Positions 29,500 through 32,000 of a stretch of DNA of 32,000 bases are shown here, piece by piece. Made by a program: the position numbers and the translations under genes. The notes beneath the pieces are model-generated. The model was not told the DNA's origin. It worked only from the letters and a program-made list of their open reading frames with translations, and ran no database searches. Where the stretch lies: positions 570,681 through 602,680 of the forward strand of contig NZ_CP021324.1 in NCBI RefSeq assembly GCF_002156965.1. Direction: 5' to 3'. The DNA is from Candidatus Nitrosomarinus catalinensis. Lineage in GTDB: Archaea; Thermoproteota; Nitrososphaeria; Nitrososphaerales; Nitrosopumilaceae. The stretch's first letter is position 1. Each line of letters begins with the position of its first letter.

Positions 29500-30934
29500 A
29501 GTCAAAGAAAATTGTGGAGTAGTAGGGATTTACAGTTTGTCTGGAAAGAATGTCGTTCCTATGGTTTTTGATGCATTACGTGCTTTACAACACAGAGGAC
29601 AAGAGGCCTGGGGATTTGCAGTACCTAACAAACCACCATTCAAAAAAGTAGGTCTAGTTTCTCACTCATCTTCTGAATTTAAAAAAATTGCACAGGAATA
29701 TGCATCTCCTTGTGTAATTGGGCATGTCAGATATTCTACAATGGGAACAAGCACTTTGGCCAATGCACAACCACTCAAAGTAAAAGATCTTTGTGTTGCA
29801 CATAATGGAACAATTGCCAATGCTCAGGAACTATCTAATTTAGTTGGAGGTTGTTCTTTTACTCCTCAAAATGCAAGTGATACATTAGTTGCTGCAGAAA
29901 GATTGGTTTCATTAATTTCTGAAAATGGGGAAATGGGAAAAGCACTTTCAATTTTAAAAAATGAAATGGTTGGTTCGTATTGTTTTACTTTTATTTCTGA
30001 TGATAATTCTGTTTATGCTGCACGAGATCCTAAAGGATTTCGTCCGATGGTTTTAGGACATAAGGAATCTGATGATACATACATTGTAACTTCTGAATCA
30101 GCAGCTGTAACTGCAGTTGCTGCAACGTTACAACGTGATGTAACTCCTGGTGAATTAATCAAATTAAGTAAAAATGGTTTGGAGACTGAAAAGTTTTCAG
30201 ATGACAAGTCTCGTGCACATTGTTCTTTTGAATTTACTTACTTTGCACATCCATCAAGTATGATGGAAGGCCATAACATTTACGTTTCTAGAAAAAACAT
30301 TGGAAGATTTATGGCAAAAAAATTCCCAATTAAAGATGCAGATTTAGTAATACCTGTTCCAGATTCAGCAAGACCTGCAGCCTTGGGTTACGCACAAGAA
30401 CTTGGAGTATCCTTTGATGAAGGCCTTCTCAAAGATAGATACAGCAAGAAAGGTCCTTTGAGAAGTTTTATTGAACCACATCAAAGTGACAGAGTAGAAA
30501 TTAACAGATGGATTATTCCAATTAGTGAAATAATTAGAGACAGACATGTTGTAGTTATTGATGATAGTTTGGTAAGGGGAACAAGTTCTAAAGCTATTAT
30601 CAAAGCACTCAGAAGAGCAGGGGCTAAAAAAATCAGCATGTTAATAACATATCCTCAAATCAATTATCCTTGTTATGCTGGAATTGATTTCCCATCTCAA
30701 GAGGAACTTGCAACATTCACTAATGGTAAAGAAATGACTACTGAGGAAATAACTGAAATGGTTAGAAAAAGTATCGGTGTTGACTTTTTGGGATACAATG
30801 ATGCTGAGAATTTAGCTGATGCAGTTGGAATGCCAAAGGATTCCATGTGCTTTACATGTTCATCTGGAAATTATGATTCTCTTGGAATAAAACCTGACTT
30901 TACAAAACGTGAACAAGTCAAAGCAAAAATTTAG
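29492..30934 (+). CDS. purF: Amidophosphoribosyltransferase PurF
   Basis: It has the N-terminal nucleophile context ENCGVVGI and the PRPP-binding loop VVVIDDSLVRGTS. The GTG start overlaps the purL end by 8 nt. Confidence 0.96.
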   Translation: MPKVKENCGVVGIYSLSGKNVVPMVFDALRALQHRGQEAWGFAVPNKPPFKKVGLVSHSSSEFKKIAQEYASPCVIGHVRYSTMGTSTLANAQPLKVKDLCVAHNGTIANAQELSNLVGGCSFTPQNASDTLVAAERLVSLISENGEMGKALSILKNEMVGSYCFTFISDDNSVYAARDPKGFRPMVLGHKESDDTYIVTSESAAVTAVAATLQRDVTPGELIKLSKNGLETEKFSDDKSRAHCSFEFTYFAHPSSMMEGHNIYVSRKNIGRFMAKKFPIKDADLVIPVPDSARPAALGYAQELGVSFDEGLLKDRYSKKGPLRSFIEPHQSDRVEINRWIIPISEIIRDRHVVVIDDSLVRGTSSKAIIKALRRAGAKKISMLITYPQINYPCYAGIDFPSQEELATFTNGKEMTTEEITEMVRKSIGVDFLGYNDAENLADAVGMPKDSMCFTCSSGNYDSLGIKPDFTKREQVKAKI

Positions 30935-31023
30935 TTTGATAACAAAGTTTTAGGTAATTTAAATTATAAATTATCCACAAACGATTAAGATTTGATTAAA
31001 TATGGTAATTTTCTAATAATTTC

Positions 31024-31302
31024 ATGAAAGCAATGTGGAACAATGTTGTAATTGCTGAAAGTGACAATACTGAAATTGTTGAAGGAAATCATTATTTCCC
31101 ATTTGATTCGATAAAGTTGGAATTTTTTACAAAAACTGAACTAACTACAGTATGCGGTTGGAAAGGAAAAGCAAATTATTATTCGGTAACTGTAGATGGT
31201 AAAACCAACAAAGATTGTGCATGGTATTATGCCGAACCTAATGATGCAGCAAATAAGATCAAGGGTATGGTTGCATTTTGGAATGGAATAGACATAAAAT
31301 AA
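31024..31302 (+). CDS. DUF427-domain protein
   Basis: The string GNHYFPFDSI......C.WKG.ANYYSV.V.G......AWYY..P......I...VAFW matches the remembered DUF427 pattern. Confidence 0.8.
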   Translation: MKAMWNNVVIAESDNTEIVEGNHYFPFDSIKLEFFTKTELTTVCGWKGKANYYSVTVDGKTNKDCAWYYAEPNDAANKIKGMVAFWNGIDIK

Positions 31303-31361
31303 ATATTATTTTTAATACTTTTTCCTATCAGTTAAATTCTATTAAATTTCAACATAATTAA

Positions 31362-32000
31362 TTGAAGTTTCTAACTAGTGGAAAAGTAAAAGATCTATAT
31401 GAAAAAGATGAATATTCACTACTTTTCAAATTTTCTGATAGGGTATCTGCTTATGATGTAAAATTTAGTCAGGATATTCCAAAAAAAGGCCAAGTTTTGT
31501 GTCATTTTGCTGAATTTTGGTTTGATAAACTAGATGTTCCAAATCATTTCATAAAAAGAGAATCTGAAACTGAAATTTCAGTAAAAAAAATGAAAATGAT
31601 TCCTATGGAATGTGTAGTTCGAGGCTATTTTTATGGTAGTTTAATTGGTCGATGGAAAAATGGTGATGTAGAATTACCAGAGGATACTGATACCCAAATG
31701 GCTGCAAAATTAACTGAACCGTTTTTTGATCCAACTACAAAGTCTGAACATGATATTCCTGTTGACAAAACAAAAGCATTAGAAATGAATCTAGTTTCTG
31801 AAGAACAGTACTCCTGGTTGGAACAAACATCTGTTGATATTTATGCTCAAATGGCAACTATTGCCGATAATGCTGGTTTTATTTTAGCTGATTTAAAATT
31901 AGAATTTGGAATTTTAGATGGTAAAATTGTTTTAGGGGATTCAATTGGACCTGATGAATATAGATTGTGGCCAAAAGAATCCTATGCTATTGGAAAAATT
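31362..32000 (+). CDS. purC: SAICAR synthetase PurC (3' end outside the window); not in the ORF track
   Basis: The frame is open from TTG 31362, directly after an in-frame TAA, to the window end. The translation LKFLTSGKVKDLYEKDEYSLLFKFSDRVSAYDV... matches the PurC N-terminus (GK.KD.Y...SDR.SAFD). Confidence 0.9.
   Translation, partial: MKFLTSGKVKDLYEKDEYSLLFKFSDRVSAYDVKFSQDIPKKGQVLCHFAEFWFDKLDVPNHFIKRESETEISVKKMKMIPMECVVRGYFYGSLIGRWKNGDVELPEDTDTQMAAKLTEPFFDPTTKSEHDIPVDKTKALEMNLVSEEQYSWLEQTSVDIYAQMATIADNAGFILADLKLEFGILDGKIVLGDSIGPDEYRLWPKESYAIGKI

Noticed and set aside
1-32000. CRISPR arrays, rRNA or tRNA genes, IS elements and integrases
   Set aside because: I looked for regularly spaced direct repeats, for GC-rich RNA-gene islands and for transposase- or integrase-like ORFs. 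None was found apart from the single GC-rich element at 18340-18432.

Overview
This is a visibly AT-rich archaeal chromosome segment. Its recognisable genes are aEF-2, archaeal-type PurP, purS/Q/L/F/C, TatA/TatC, UbiX, a membrane-anchored cupredoxin and a PQQ-type dehydrogenase. Together with many tiny ORFan genes and TATA boxes about 26 nt upstream of start codons, they suggest a marine ammonia-oxidising thaumarchaeon (Nitrosopumilus-like). That taxonomic call is inferred from gene content, not from a search.

Layout:
- 1-2000: 3' part of EF-2.
- 2-9 kb: densely packed small hypothetical genes on both strands. They include three unannotated back-to-back micro-ORFs, a cupredoxin and an orphan PIN-like gene.
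- 9-12.5 kb: a Cys-motif membrane protein, a CBS-TrkH fusion and a DUF151 nuclease-like gene.
- 12.5-18.5 kb: an accessory-looking module. It holds a 1353-aa protein that fuses seven Trp-rich tandem repeats, an SNF2-type ATPase and an Rrp8-like SAM methyltransferase. A Zn-ribbon + wHTH operon lies divergent to it, and a 590-bp spacer follows it. The spacer contains an 11% GC tract and a GC-rich structured-RNA candidate.
- 19-32 kb: housekeeping genes (purP, PQQ dehydrogenase, ubiX, SRPBCC, tatA/tatC, a methyltransferase, purS, an antisense CBS gene, purQ-purL-purF, DUF427, purC).

No CRISPR array, tRNA, rRNA, transposase or integrase was recognised. The repeat-SNF2-Rrp8 fusion and its locus are the best candidate for something undescribed.
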